Notes under the pieces: generated by a model
What the model was told of the DNA's origin: nothing
The model's database searches: none
Seen by the model: the letters and a program-made list of their open reading frames with translations, nothing else
DNA from: Candidatus Nomurabacteria bacterium
GTDB lineage: Bacteria; Patescibacteriota; Minisyncoccia; Phycocordibacterales; UBA9973
Length of the DNA: 64,000 bases
Assembly: GCA_021413905.1 (NCBI GenBank)
Contig: JAIOPO010000005.1
Span: 146,957-210,956 of the forward strand
Direction of reading: 5' to 3'
Made by a program: the position numbers and the translations under genes
Part shown: in pieces, positions 54,881 through 64,000 of the stretch
How the letters are laid out: each line of letters starts with the position of its first letter
Position numbering within the stretch: position 1 is the stretch's first letter

Positions 54881-57400
54881 ATGAAAATTTTTATTCGCAA
54901 TAATCTATATCGCTCAAAAAAATTTTGGCTCACAAAAAAATGGTTTGAAGAAAAACCAATTTTTAGCTTTTGGGCAAAAATCTTTAAACTCGACTTTAAT
55001 ATAAATAAGGGTAAATATTCGGCACGCTTATTGTGGCCTTCAATTTTTCCCTTCATTCGGACCCTTATCTATTCTGTTTTTATAATCGCAATTTTTGAAA
55101 CGTACAGTTACTTTTTTCCAGTAGACCAAAAGATATTTAGCGATCAAGTTACCGATACACTACTTTCGGCAATTGCCAGTGTTTCCGGTGTATTCCTTGG
55201 TCTTTATTTTACAGCTGTTTCCGGTATTGCTAGTAATTTTTTATTGCGTGCCACTCAAAACATAAGGCGTTACTTCCTCTCAACTCCAATTGGAGAACAA
55301 TACGTTAAAACCGTAGCCCTTACAGGCATCATAAGTATTTTTTACCTCTTGGCAAAATCGTTTGGACACCCAATACATCCAGTTGGCTTAGTATTTCTTT
55401 GTATTGGTGGAGCCTATATCATAATCAGATTTTGGAGTGTTGGATCAAATGTTTTCTATTCATTGGAACCAACTGTTGCCCTGCCTTCAATCGGTAAAAA
55501 CATTGCAGACCTATTGAGGGGGGTTACGCCACCGGGTTTTAAATGGGATAAACCAGCAATACAAAATCATCAAAGACGCCTAGTGTCAGATAATTTAGAG
55601 CTTGCTAAAGACCTTATTAATTTTGGAATTAAAGAGATAAAGCTTTCAAATGAACAATTGCATATTGCTCTTCGTTATTTAGGTGGTTTGCTTTTTTTGT
55701 ATCCTCAATACAAGAAGAAGATACCGACTAATAGCTTTTGGTTCAAAACAAAAAATCAGTACGATAGTTGGACCTTGGCGGATTCAACACAAATCGCTCT
55801 TGCCTTAAACACTGGCACAAGTTTGCAACCCAAGACAATCAAAGATTTTACTTGGTTTGAAGAAGAAACTTTGGATATGAGTGTAAATATTTTTGAGTTT
55901 TACGCCAAAGAGAAAAATGTTGCCTCTGTATTCCAAGGACTAGAACTTTTTGTAGAAATCGCTGAAGTTTATGCGAATGATTTTGATGAGGAAGGACTAA
56001 AGCTTCTTTTACAGAAAACAGAAAAGGTTGCAGGATTGATTGACCTAGAAAAAGTAGCAGATCCAAAAAATGTTCGGTATAAAGAACAAATGGCTTTTAT
56101 TGATACTCAAGGTCGGTTAGCGATAGGAGCGGTGCTTGGATTGGCTAGGTATCTTGATACTGCTTCTGCGGAAAGCTTATCCACGACTATTTCAAATATT
56201 AAATGGTATTCAAATAGAGACATTTATCTTACTGGGTTACCTTTGTCGGTTCTATCGCGTCTGGAATCCACTGCAAGTGATTTAAAGGCTGAAATGCTAA
56301 TTGAGGGTAAGCAACTTTCCCCTGAGTGGTATATACGCACTCTTTGCGTTCAGAAATACTTATTCGCACTCTTAGGTTATTTCAAATATCTAAAGACTCT
56401 TCATTCAACTTACTTTGAACCAAAGCTTGGGAAATTACTTGCCGAGGATCAATTAGGTCTTGCTGTTCAATTGGTGCAACGCTGGATCGAGTTTACTCAC
56501 AAATATAATCGGCTCGTTGGATTGATTGCAAAACATATTGAAGATTGCGTACCTTATCACCAAGTCAAAGATCTTTCTTGGATAGAGTTTAGTGCGGACG
56601 AAGAGTATAAAACCGCAAGGGACCGCGAAAAAGAAGTAACTGATAAAATGATTAGATTATTGCCTCGATTAATGACAATGCCTACCGAAAGCGATATGCC
56701 AGACTACTTTGGGCAAGCTCTTACGCAAGGCGTTCAGGCCTGTTATGAGGCGTGTGAGGAGAACGACCCAGTTAGATTGAAAGCAATATTCCCGGTTGTT
56801 TTTATAGCTTCACTTTCGGCTTTTGATATGACCCGAGTGAGAGTTCAAAACTGGTCCGAAGAACAAAGCAAAATAATCTATTCAACAGAACCTCTTATAA
56901 ATCTCTACGAACTAAGTGGATTTGCTAAATTGTATTCAGAGCTCTACCAAAACACGGAGCTTTGGAATGTTGTGCAAACACCGTGGGACACTTATTTGGG
57001 TGGTATCGATGCAGTACAAGAAATTACACGCATAGCGGCCATTACTAACTATCGATGTGGACTTTTCATGATCATGCCACAAGCAACCTTACGAACAAAC
57101 TGGCAAATGCGATTTAGTAATAAAATGAGAGAACAAGGTTTAGCTGTTTTCCCCGACAGTAGAAGTTATGACTATGTAAATGGCCGAGAAGATCCTGCGC
57201 ATGCGAGCGCGGTTATTCGTGTAGTTACTCGATCAGGTGGTTTGAGTTTATCTACAGGTCAGACTGTATTTTTCGTAACATATTTATCCCAACACCCGGG
57301 GGCAACAGGAATTGATCTACCAGACCAACGCGACATGAGAGAACAAATACAACGAGAAGAAGAAAGATCTAATGAGGAAGAAAACAACGACTATGAATAA
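54881..57400 (+). CDS. Large polytopic-membrane-anchored protein of 839 aa, unknown function.
   Basis: About 6 N-terminal TM helices, then a cytoplasmic region of roughly 600 aa with no recognisable motif and an acidic C-terminal tail. Confidence 0.55.
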   Translation: MKIFIRNNLYRSKKFWLTKKWFEEKPIFSFWAKIFKLDFNINKGKYSARLLWPSIFPFIRTLIYSVFIIAIFETYSYFFPVDQKIFSDQVTDTLLSAIASVSGVFLGLYFTAVSGIASNFLLRATQNIRRYFLSTPIGEQYVKTVALTGIISIFYLLAKSFGHPIHPVGLVFLCIGGAYIIIRFWSVGSNVFYSLEPTVALPSIGKNIADLLRGVTPPGFKWDKPAIQNHQRRLVSDNLELAKDLINFGIKEIKLSNEQLHIALRYLGGLLFLYPQYKKKIPTNSFWFKTKNQYDSWTLADSTQIALALNTGTSLQPKTIKDFTWFEEETLDMSVNIFEFYAKEKNVASVFQGLELFVEIAEVYANDFDEEGLKLLLQKTEKVAGLIDLEKVADPKNVRYKEQMAFIDTQGRLAIGAVLGLARYLDTASAESLSTTISNIKWYSNRDIYLTGLPLSVLSRLESTASDLKAEMLIEGKQLSPEWYIRTLCVQKYLFALLGYFKYLKTLHSTYFEPKLGKLLAEDQLGLAVQLVQRWIEFTHKYNRLVGLIAKHIEDCVPYHQVKDLSWIEFSADEEYKTARDREKEVTDKMIRLLPRLMTMPTESDMPDYFGQALTQGVQACYEACEENDPVRLKAIFPVVFIASLSAFDMTRVRVQNWSEEQSKIIYSTEPLINLYELSGFAKLYSELYQNTELWNVVQTPWDTYLGGIDAVQEITRIAAITNYRCGLFMIMPQATLRTNWQMRFSNKMREQGLAVFPDSRSYDYVNGREDPAHASAVIRVVTRSGGLSLSTGQTVFFVTYLSQHPGATGIDLPDQRDMREQIQREEERSNEEENNDYE

Positions 57401-58439
57401 ATACTTTAAAAAAATTAAAGAGGCAGTGTTGGTCTACTTAAAAGATCCTCTTTTATTGCGAAAGTGGGATCAACCAGATTATTACCGATATAGAGGACGT
57501 GGTGATGATAATAATCAGTTGTCATTCAGGAGTTCACGAAACAGACGTCATGGGTATCATTATCACGGTACGTCTTCAATGTTTATTGAAGATATGTTTA
57601 GCGGAATAATGCCGTTTATGATTTATAGCGGCGTTAGAGAAAAGTATCCTGCAAAAATTGAACCAGCCGCACCCGACAAAGAAGCAATAATTGCTCAAGG
57701 TCTTTCTGGTCGCAGACATCGAACAGCATTAGGTGAAGGTCTTTGTGATTTTATTCGTGATACAGCACATGTGCTTTTTCAAGACGGCGTAGCAATATAC
57801 GAAATTATTTATAAAAAGAACGAAGCTGGAGAAACCGAAAGCTATAGCTTTGAATTAATGGACCATTATGGTCTATATAGATTTTTTGGCAATTACTATC
57901 AATTTGTTTCTTGGGCTGATGCAAAGGCTTCACATACCAAAGTTCAAATAATCAAAATACCGAAAGAAAAAGTATTACGCATCGAGTTCCCAAAAGAACT
58001 CGGTGGGCAAAAACGTATCAATAAAATATTAAAACGATCATGGGAACTCGGACAAGAGATTATTCCTAAATTTCAAATGGACGCAATGGAAAAACAAGAA
58101 AACATTGGCTTTGATTCAAAGATATATACGGAAGCAAAGTATTTAGAAATTGCGACTCTTACAAAAGACTTGGGATGGAACCAGCGTCAGTTATCAACCA
58201 ACCATATTACGGAATATTATGCCCTTCTACGTCTTCTTAGGCAAAAGAAAGTAGAAGCTACTGTTCGAGAAATGATTTTTACCAAACTTAATGAAGCCTT
58301 AAATGGATCAGTTTTAAACTTTGGTGCTCAAGTTTCAATGGATAATCTTTTTACCGCTTCTGATATTGATGTACGTGTCAAAAAACTTAAAGAAGGTAAC
58401 ACAACTTTTATTGATTTGTTCACCGATACAAGTTTTTAA
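57393..58439 (+). CDS. Hypothetical protein of about 348 aa, translationally coupled to the upstream gene.
   Basis: The ATG sits inside the TATGAATAA overlap with the stop of the 54881 gene. The product is Arg/His-rich near its N-terminus. Confidence 0.5.
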   Translation: MNKYFKKIKEAVLVYLKDPLLLRKWDQPDYYRYRGRGDDNNQLSFRSSRNRRHGYHYHGTSSMFIEDMFSGIMPFMIYSGVREKYPAKIEPAAPDKEAIIAQGLSGRRHRTALGEGLCDFIRDTAHVLFQDGVAIYEIIYKKNEAGETESYSFELMDHYGLYRFFGNYYQFVSWADAKASHTKVQIIKIPKEKVLRIEFPKELGGQKRINKILKRSWELGQEIIPKFQMDAMEKQENIGFDSKIYTEAKYLEIATLTKDLGWNQRQLSTNHITEYYALLRLLRQKKVEATVREMIFTKLNEALNGSVLNFGAQVSMDNLFTASDIDVRVKKLKEGNTTFIDLFTDTSF

Positions 58440-58453
58440 GATTTGAAATCTAG

Positions 58454-58465
58454 CTGTTGGTAACT
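58454..58465. promoter_or_regulatory. GCTGTTGGTAAC core variant with right arm TCTACTACACAATAAAC, upstream of leader RNA copy 3; no recombinase is adjacent.
   Basis: atctaGCTGTTGGTAACtctactacacaataaactcg; the right arm is homologous to those at 27707 and 39200. Confidence 0.4.
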
Positions 58466-58545
58466 CTACTACACAATAAACTCGATATAAGCTAAAGTAC
58501 AAAAATACCTGTGAAAATGGTATAATTCGTTTACAACTGAATAAG

Positions 58546-58688
58546 AGACCTAACCCCTCAGGGATTTTCTTGAGGATATGGTCGAAAGCCCTATCAAGCA
58601 TAAAGAACCCGTCATGGGGTCGCTTGATAGGCCGTATTGGGAAACTGGTACGAGAGGTTTCGACCTCTACCCGTGGCGGGCTTTTTGT
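58546..58688 (+). ncRNA. Structured leader RNA copy 3 of the novel motif.
   Basis: GACCUAACCCC[ccuca..ugagg]GGAUAUGGUC GAAA [gccctatcaagc AUAAAGAACCCGUCAUGGGGUC gcttgatagggc] CGUAUUGG-GAAA-CUGGUACGA [gaggt-UUCG-acctc] uACCCGUGGCGGGcuuuuu. An extended -10 box TGgTATAAT is at 58517-58525. Confidence 0.6.
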
Positions 58689-58732
58689 GTAAAAGCTCGA
58701 TACGGAATTATTAACTAAGTCCTATCAAGCAA

Positions 58733-59350
58733 ATGAATAATGAAAATACAGAGCCTGTTAAATCAGTCTCAGGTAGCTTAATAATCCTTTGGCTTCTAGG
58801 TGTATCCGTAGCTATTATGGGTATCGCTGGAGGATCTATCACGGTTATATTAGCTGGGATAATTTTATTACCAATCACTAATACTCTCATCAAGAAGTAT
58901 CTCAAGATAAATCTATCGAGTATGGCTCGGGTCGTAATCGCCGTACTGCTCATTGTCGTAGGTTCTATCGCTTCAAGTTCTCTAGATGAAGCACGCGAGA
59001 AAGTTAGTGAAAATTCTTCAATTGACACAGTTTCTCAAGAAGAAGTTTACAGTGAGATTGCCTCATTTAGTGGCAAGGGCAACCAAGATACAGGATCGTT
59101 TTCTGTTACAGGTAAAAAAGTAAGAATAACAGCAACTACATGTTGTGGTAGCAGTTCATCGGGTACTTATTCAGGAGTGAGCCTCAAAAAAGAAAATGAC
59201 GGTTACACTGGCCCAGGTTTGTCTATTTCTACAGAGGGGTCTGAGAAGGGTCAAGGACAAACGACTTACCGCAATCTTACACCTGGTCAGTATTACATCC
59301 AGGTCATTACTGGAGTTAACTGGGAGGTTAAGGTTGAGCAAGTAAACTAG
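58733..59350 (+). CDS. Membrane protein with 3-4 TM helices and a Ser/Gly/Thr-rich extracellular C-terminal domain.
   Basis: ILWLLGVSVAIMGIAGGSITVILAGIILLPI..., then ...TTCCGSSSSGTYSG. Confidence 0.5.
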   Translation: MNNENTEPVKSVSGSLIILWLLGVSVAIMGIAGGSITVILAGIILLPITNTLIKKYLKINLSSMARVVIAVLLIVVGSIASSSLDEAREKVSENSSIDTVSQEEVYSEIASFSGKGNQDTGSFSVTGKKVRITATTCCGSSSSGTYSGVSLKKENDGYTGPGLSISTEGSEKGQGQTTYRNLTPGQYYIQVITGVNWEVKVEQVN

Positions 59351-59352
59351 CT

Positions 59353-60150
59353 ATGAAACTTCAATTACCAAGTTTCGTCAGTAGGTATTTCAATAGAAAG
59401 GATGGTCTCAAGAAATATCAGGAATCGATCAGTTCGTTCCTCTCTGATAGTGAATTATCTGTTGAAGAAAATGACAAATTAGTCGAGATCCAAAAAGAGT
59501 TTGGTTTATCAGTAGATGATGTGGGTAGTATTCATAAAAAATCAGTCGCTTCCGTATTTACCAGTATTGGTTCCGACAAGCGAATTACCGATGACGAAAA
59601 GAATGCCCTCGAGAAGTTACTTAACCATTTCAATCTAACGAAGAGTGATATCTCTTTCAATCAAGACAGTTTTAACAAGTACTATACGCTCGCACTTGTG
59701 GATAAGGGCGTATTGCCGACGATAGACAATGCTCAAGCTGAAGTAAATATTGTCTTCAAAGAGGGAGAGACTCTCCATTGGGCGGTCGCGGCAAGTATGA
59801 TGAAGCGTAAACGAGTAACTACTCGCGTCAATTATGGAGGATTTACTGGTTCAATAAAAATTATGAAAGGTGTGCGTTATCGTGTTGGTTCAATTGGGGT
59901 ACAGAGTGTATCAAAGGAGATATTAGACAATGAAGATTCTGGTATATTTTATGTGACCAATCAAAGAATTGGATATATAGGTTATCGTAAACAATTTTCA
60001 TTCCCATTTAAGAAGATTGGTTCACTCGAATTACGTTCTGATGGCCTCCACATCTTTAAGGATGGGAAAGAAGCACCGTACATTCTTGAACTGCGTGATT
60101 ACGAAGTGGCGCTAGCAATGATTTCTTCGATTCTTAACAAAGTTGAGTAG
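59353..60150 (+). CDS. Hypothetical protein of 265 aa.
   Basis: ORF; translationally close to the upstream gene. Confidence 0.45.
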   Translation: MKLQLPSFVSRYFNRKDGLKKYQESISSFLSDSELSVEENDKLVEIQKEFGLSVDDVGSIHKKSVASVFTSIGSDKRITDDEKNALEKLLNHFNLTKSDISFNQDSFNKYYTLALVDKGVLPTIDNAQAEVNIVFKEGETLHWAVAASMMKRKRVTTRVNYGGFTGSIKIMKGVRYRVGSIGVQSVSKEILDNEDSGIFYVTNQRIGYIGYRKQFSFPFKKIGSLELRSDGLHIFKDGKEAPYILELRDYEVALAMISSILNKVE

Positions 60151-60156
60151 TGGAGT

Positions 60157-61656
60157 TTATATTCCTAACTTTTTAAACTCATCAGAATACTTTTGTGCAA
60201 TATCAGCTATTTTTTCTACTTTGATTGTATTCAGATCGAAAACAAAGCATTCGTCATTGATATCAAGGATATACTTCAATGATTCTTCAGTGTAAAGATG
60301 TTCTGTCGCCACATCTATGAGTCTTGCAAGGCTCAGGTTCATCAAATCGACTTCTTCTTCGTACAGGTTAACAAATTCTGTATACCTCTCGCTCATGTCT
60401 ACGTCGAACAATGTCGAGGTGTTTTGGGTTAGTTTTTTAAACTGACAAAGTGTCTGATGATTCATAATCGGTGTTGCATTTTTTTCAATAAAAAGAAACA
60501 TGCTTGATATCGGGAATAGAATCTCGATCTGCTTTTTGTATTCCGATATGAAGTCAGTATCTTCACTGCAAGTATATAAACTTTCTCCAGTTACCACTTC
60601 AATTTTTCTAGTCATTTCTAAAAAGTCTTTTTCAACTGTTTTCTTATTCAACTTTTTTGAATCAAAAAGTTCCTCAAAATACTGTTTTGACTTTTGTAGT
60701 TCTTCATACCAAGCCATGAATAATTCCTTATGGTTCTTTTTCGTATTTCCGTTCCATGTATCAAAACGCTCACTCACATAAATTGGTGAGTAGTCATTAA
60801 TAAACAACCCGTCACCTAGCCACTCAAATAGTGTATCCTTAACAAGTTTTTCAATGGATATGTGTCTGCTTTTTGCATATTCTTCAACGAGAGTCAGAAT
60901 GCCATCTTCGGTATCAATATCCTTTTTACAAGACGCAACGCATCTGTCAGTCACTATTTTTCTGAACAAGTCCTTGATTGGAAGTTCTGCGAAGAATGCA
61001 TGAGGAAGAAAGCCGTCCTTTTCAGCCGTACTCTTTTTGATTTTCTTGGCACCCTCGTAATACATTCGGGAATATATGCGATCAACAATCAGGTTCTTAT
61101 CATCACTACTCAATGACCCATCTTTATATCGTTCATACAGGAAGACCTGATCATTCATATACTTTTCACAACCAGTAATTTCTGCATCCAAGAGAAGAAA
61201 GTCATCGCGTATTTCCTTTGAGAGGTTATAAAAAGTGAAAAGGTGCAATAAGTTCTCATATCGCAAGTATGTATTTCGTATGAGAAAGCGTATGCTTTCA
61301 TCGGTAGTAATATCTTTTGTGAACACCCGCTCGGATATATGCTTGAGTCTTTTTGCATAAGAAAGAAAATGATCAAGCATTCTCTGGTTTCGAAGGAGTG
61401 ACAGTTCAGAGCGATACAGGAACATCTGCGTATCCATCTTCATCGTATCTTCAAGCTGAACAATATTTATGTACTTGTTGTATTCACTTGCTTCTGGTCT
61501 GTTCGGATTCCATCCTTTAGTTAGAGCATATATATCAGACTCGGACAGACCATCTTTTCCTGTTTTTTCTCGGTGAATATCATTATGAACAAGTGCTTTC
61601 ACTCGTTCAAATGGAGTTATGTTTGATCTTCTTAAAATATTGGTGAGACTTTTCAT
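60157..61656 (-). CDS. Hypothetical protein of 499 aa with no P-loop; it occupies the position held by TerL in modules A and B.
   Basis: Long ORF; no Walker motifs seen. Confidence 0.5.
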   Translation of the reverse strand: MKSLTNILRRSNITPFERVKALVHNDIHREKTGKDGLSESDIYALTKGWNPNRPEASEYNKYINIVQLEDTMKMDTQMFLYRSELSLLRNQRMLDHFLSYAKRLKHISERVFTKDITTDESIRFLIRNTYLRYENLLHLFTFYNLSKEIRDDFLLLDAEITGCEKYMNDQVFLYERYKDGSLSSDDKNLIVDRIYSRMYYEGAKKIKKSTAEKDGFLPHAFFAELPIKDLFRKIVTDRCVASCKKDIDTEDGILTLVEEYAKSRHISIEKLVKDTLFEWLGDGLFINDYSPIYVSERFDTWNGNTKKNHKELFMAWYEELQKSKQYFEELFDSKKLNKKTVEKDFLEMTRKIEVVTGESLYTCSEDTDFISEYKKQIEILFPISSMFLFIEKNATPIMNHQTLCQFKKLTQNTSTLFDVDMSERYTEFVNLYEEEVDLMNLSLARLIDVATEHLYTEESLKYILDINDECFVFDLNTIKVEKIADIAQKYSDEFKKLGI

Positions 61657-61657
61657 A

Positions 61658-61855
61658 TTATTTTCTCCTTCTTAGTGATTCTTCTAAAAACTCAACACGC
61701 TCCTTCAATTCCGTGTTGACGATGTTTTTGGAAAGTGTAGAGGCAAGCTTGGCGATCATAGATGCTTGCTTGAGTGACATTTCTTTATTTAGTACCTTTC
61801 GTATGGTATCTGAAAGAATGTTATTTATTTCTTCTAGATTAATTGGTTTAGTCAT
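61658..61855 (-). CDS. Small hypothetical protein of 65 aa.
   Basis: Short helical ORF packed between neighbouring genes. Confidence 0.3.
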   Translation of the reverse strand: MTKPINLEEINNILSDTIRKVLNKEMSLKQASMIAKLASTLSKNIVNTELKERVEFLEESLRRRK

Positions 61856-61856
61856 A

Positions 61857-62231
61857 CTAGTTATTTTCTACGATTTCAAACCAAGCTCTCACTTCATGAG
61901 CCTTTCCACTTTTAATAATGTTTTTGTAGAGTGCAAAGATAACATTTGGGGTTAACTTTCTTGCCCAAGAATTTATATCCTGAACTAATCCATCTTTCTC
62001 GAGTCTTTTGTTCCAGTCAGTCAATGTACCAGTATTGACTCCATACTTTTTTGAAAAATCTATCTGTGTTTTTATAGCAAGTAGCTCGAATGCTGATTCT
62101 TCTTCAATACCAAACTTCTCAAGTGCTACCCTCGGTTGTCCTTTTAGGAATGAAGGAAGAGACTTCCAAAGAGCATACCTTTCGTATGTTTGTTTCTTGT
62201 ATGGATCTTTAGAAAAGTCTTCTTCTTGCAT
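61857..62231 (-). CDS. Small HTH protein, possible terminase small subunit analog, module C.
   Basis: Possible HTH KKYGVNTGTLTDWNKRL; it sits immediately downstream of the methyltransferase pair, as TerS does in modules A and B. Confidence 0.35.
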   Translation of the reverse strand: MQEEDFSKDPYKKQTYERYALWKSLPSFLKGQPRVALEKFGIEEESAFELLAIKTQIDFSKKYGVNTGTLTDWNKRLEKDGLVQDINSWARKLTPNVIFALYKNIIKSGKAHEVRAWFEIVENN

Positions 62232-62234
62232 AAG

Positions 62235-62984
62235 TTAAACTTTTACCGCTTTCATTCCCGTGAGTTTTTCGAGTCTTGCGACAGATATCTTTACATACGA
62301 TTCATCAAGCTCGATACCTATACACTTTCGACCTAGGTGCTGGCATGCAATCGCTGTTGATCCGCTACCAAGAAATGGATCGTAAATAATATCTCCGATC
62401 TTAGTTGAGTCAGGAATGATTCTTCTCAGTAACCCAATAGGTTTTTGAGTAGGGTGAAGTTTTGACTTACTTGGTCTAGGATAATAAATTACATTCTTTG
62501 ATTTAGATCTTTCTGTTTTATGTTTTCCAAACCAGCCATAGGCAATCAATTCGTATTGAGATAGGTAGTCCTTGCGACTCATGACGGGCTGATTTTTGAG
62601 CCAAATAATCATTTGGCTGTAATAGAAACCTGCTTGTTTCATTCCAGAACGTAGACTTGGGAACATAGGGTCTGCGTTGAAGATATAGACCACATTGTGC
62701 TCTTCAAGATACGGAATAGTAATACCGAGATATTTCTTGGTAAAGTTTTCATATTCTTCTTCGCTTTGCAGATGATCGCCTGCAATTATTTTTTCATCTT
62801 TAACTCCAAGTTTTGCAAATCCTTTTTTATTCTCGACATACGCGACTCCATAAGGTGGGTCGCAGAGAATTGCTCGTATCTTGTTTTTACCAATCACTTT
62901 CTTAACAAATTCTCTGTCAGTAGAGTCACCGCATCCAATGAAATGATTTCCAACCTGAAAAATATCTCCTTTATTTACTTTCAT
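62235..62984 (-). CDS. DNA methyltransferase (N6A/N4C, beta class), module C.
   Basis: Motif IV ILCDPPYG followed by motif I DPFLGSGST. Confidence 0.85.
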   Translation of the reverse strand: MKVNKGDIFQVGNHFIGCGDSTDREFVKKVIGKNKIRAILCDPPYGVAYVENKKGFAKLGVKDEKIIAGDHLQSEEEYENFTKKYLGITIPYLEEHNVVYIFNADPMFPSLRSGMKQAGFYYSQMIIWLKNQPVMSRKDYLSQYELIAYGWFGKHKTERSKSKNVIYYPRPSKSKLHPTQKPIGLLRRIIPDSTKIGDIIYDPFLGSGSTAIACQHLGRKCIGIELDESYVKISVARLEKLTGMKAVKV

Positions 62985-63999
62985 ATATTTTCTTCGCCTT
63001 AAGGTTTGTAAATTTTTCCCATCGGTCGATCACGATAGTTGCAAAAATTGGATCTTTCTCAACCCCTCGCCAGACACGATTTAATTCTTCACATGCAATC
63101 AAATCAGATCCACTCCCAGCAAACCCACTGAAGACAATATGGAGAGGTGCACTGCAACGCTTGAATGGCTTCTCATTTAAAGCCACAGGCTTCTGCGTAG
63201 GGTGAAGATAGCTTTGCGTGTTATCTCTTTTGACTAACCAAAGATCAATCATGTCTTGTAGTTCATCTAGCACTTGATTTCCAGTGGTTACTTCTTGATT
63301 GAGAATCTCGTTGGCATTTCTGAAATTTGGATTGAGATATGGCTTTCCAACTGTGCCATAGGTACATGGTTCATATAATCTGTTCCAGGCAATTTTAGGA
63401 GTGCAGTTCTGATTGGATTTTATCCAGAGACACACTCTTCTTTTCTTGATTCCGTGCTTGTCATAGAGAGACTGCGTCAATCCTATGCTGTTTGGGTCTG
63501 ACCAATAAAAGAAATGTGAATCTGGCTTGGAGAACTTTTTAGCTGTTTCAACGCTCTTGTCGAGAAATTCATAGTATTCTTTTTCACTTTTATTATCCTT
63601 ATATTCTCCGCCATACTTTCCGCCATATTCCCATGAAATATTAAACGGTGGATCGCAGAAAATGATGTCCGCCAGTTCATCTTTCATCAGCTCTTTTACT
63701 TGGTTTTCATCAGTAGAATCTCCAACCAAAAGCCGATGCTTTCCGAGTTCGTAAATCTCCCCAAGCTTCACTTTTGCAACAGGTGTGTCTTTGATGGCTT
63801 TACCAAGATCAAAGTCATCTTCTGTCATATCAACGTCGTCAAATAAGTTCTGAAGTTCTTCATCCCCAAATCCGACATCAAGAAGTAATCTCATATCAAA
63901 ATCTTTCAAGAGTTCTTCATTCCACGACCCAGTATTCTTGTTAAGTCTCAAGTTGAGTTCCTTCTCTTCTTCGAGTGTTAGTTCTCGTGAAGGAACCAT
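62971..63999 (-). CDS. DNA methyltransferase with a ParB-like N-terminal region, module C; probably 5'-partial, with the ParB part beyond the window end.
   Basis: DPPFN motif IV and FSGFAGSGSD motif I. The N-terminus aligns with residues around 95 onward of the 33323-34648 protein, and the frame reaches the window edge. Confidence 0.75.
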   Translation of the reverse strand: MVPSRELTLEEEKELNLRLNKNTGSWNEELLKDFDMRLLLDVGFGDEELQNLFDDVDMTEDDFDLGKAIKDTPVAKVKLGEIYELGKHRLLVGDSTDENQVKELMKDELADIIFCDPPFNISWEYGGKYGGEYKDNKSEKEYYEFLDKSVETAKKFSKPDSHFFYWSDPNSIGLTQSLYDKHGIKKRRVCLWIKSNQNCTPKIAWNRLYEPCTYGTVGKPYLNPNFRNANEILNQEVTTGNQVLDELQDMIDLWLVKRDNTQSYLHPTQKPVALNEKPFKRCSAPLHIVFSGFAGSGSDLIACEELNRVWRGVEKDPIFATIVIDRWEKFTNLKAKKIYESK

Positions 64000-64000
64000 G

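Noticed and set aside
27789-58688. CRISPR array interpretation of the repeated 150-nt units.
   Set aside because: The units are far too long, spaced 11-19 kb apart, individually structured, each attached to a promoter and a gene, and no cas genes are present.

Overview
This is a low-GC, AT-rich bacterial segment with compact genes, many non-ATG starts and weak Shine-Dalgarno sites, which is typical of CPR/Patescibacteria-like genomes. Positions 1-16.1 kb are mostly chromosomal. They hold a giant secreted surface protein of more than 2,490 aa that runs off the window (minus strand), a Y1/HUH transposase homolog with a degenerate HUH motif, and a frameshifted GNAT gene. They also hold tRNA-His, tRNA-Leu, tRNA-Val and tRNA-Arg, rplS, an RluA-family pseudouridine synthase, a PilM-like protein, a DedA-family protein, a CsaA-like tRNA-binding protein and ruvX. 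At the end of this part, a small GIY-YIG gene is wedged against tRNA-Ser(TGA). From 16 kb to the window end the sequence looks like a mobile-element hotspot built around three paralogous large serine recombinases, ending at 21993, 39134 and 54737 on the minus strand. Each recombinase sits next to a shared 11-bp core, GTGTTGGTAAC. Three related cargo modules are present, each carrying phage-like TerL, TerS, DNA methyltransferase and ParB-methyltransferase genes. I read these as tandem satellite-like or prophage-remnant integrative elements. The cargo includes a single-gene STAND/NACHT NTPase with HEAT repeats and a C-terminal PD-(D/E)xK nuclease. It also includes a HEPN protein, a LexA-like repressor followed by a cyclase / 3-TM protein / cyclase cluster with a DUF2726-like nuclease and a SIR2_2 protein, an Mrr-like nuclease, a zinc uptake operon (znuABC-zur) and a copper resistance operon (csoR-copA). 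The most unusual signal is a roughly 150-nt structured leader RNA present in four copies. Each copy has a -10 promoter, covarying helices, two tetraloop hairpins, a long-range pairing and an intrinsic terminator. Three of the four copies lie immediately downstream of the recombinase core motif. No CRISPR array or rRNA is present. All functional calls are based on motifs read by eye. I could run no database searches.
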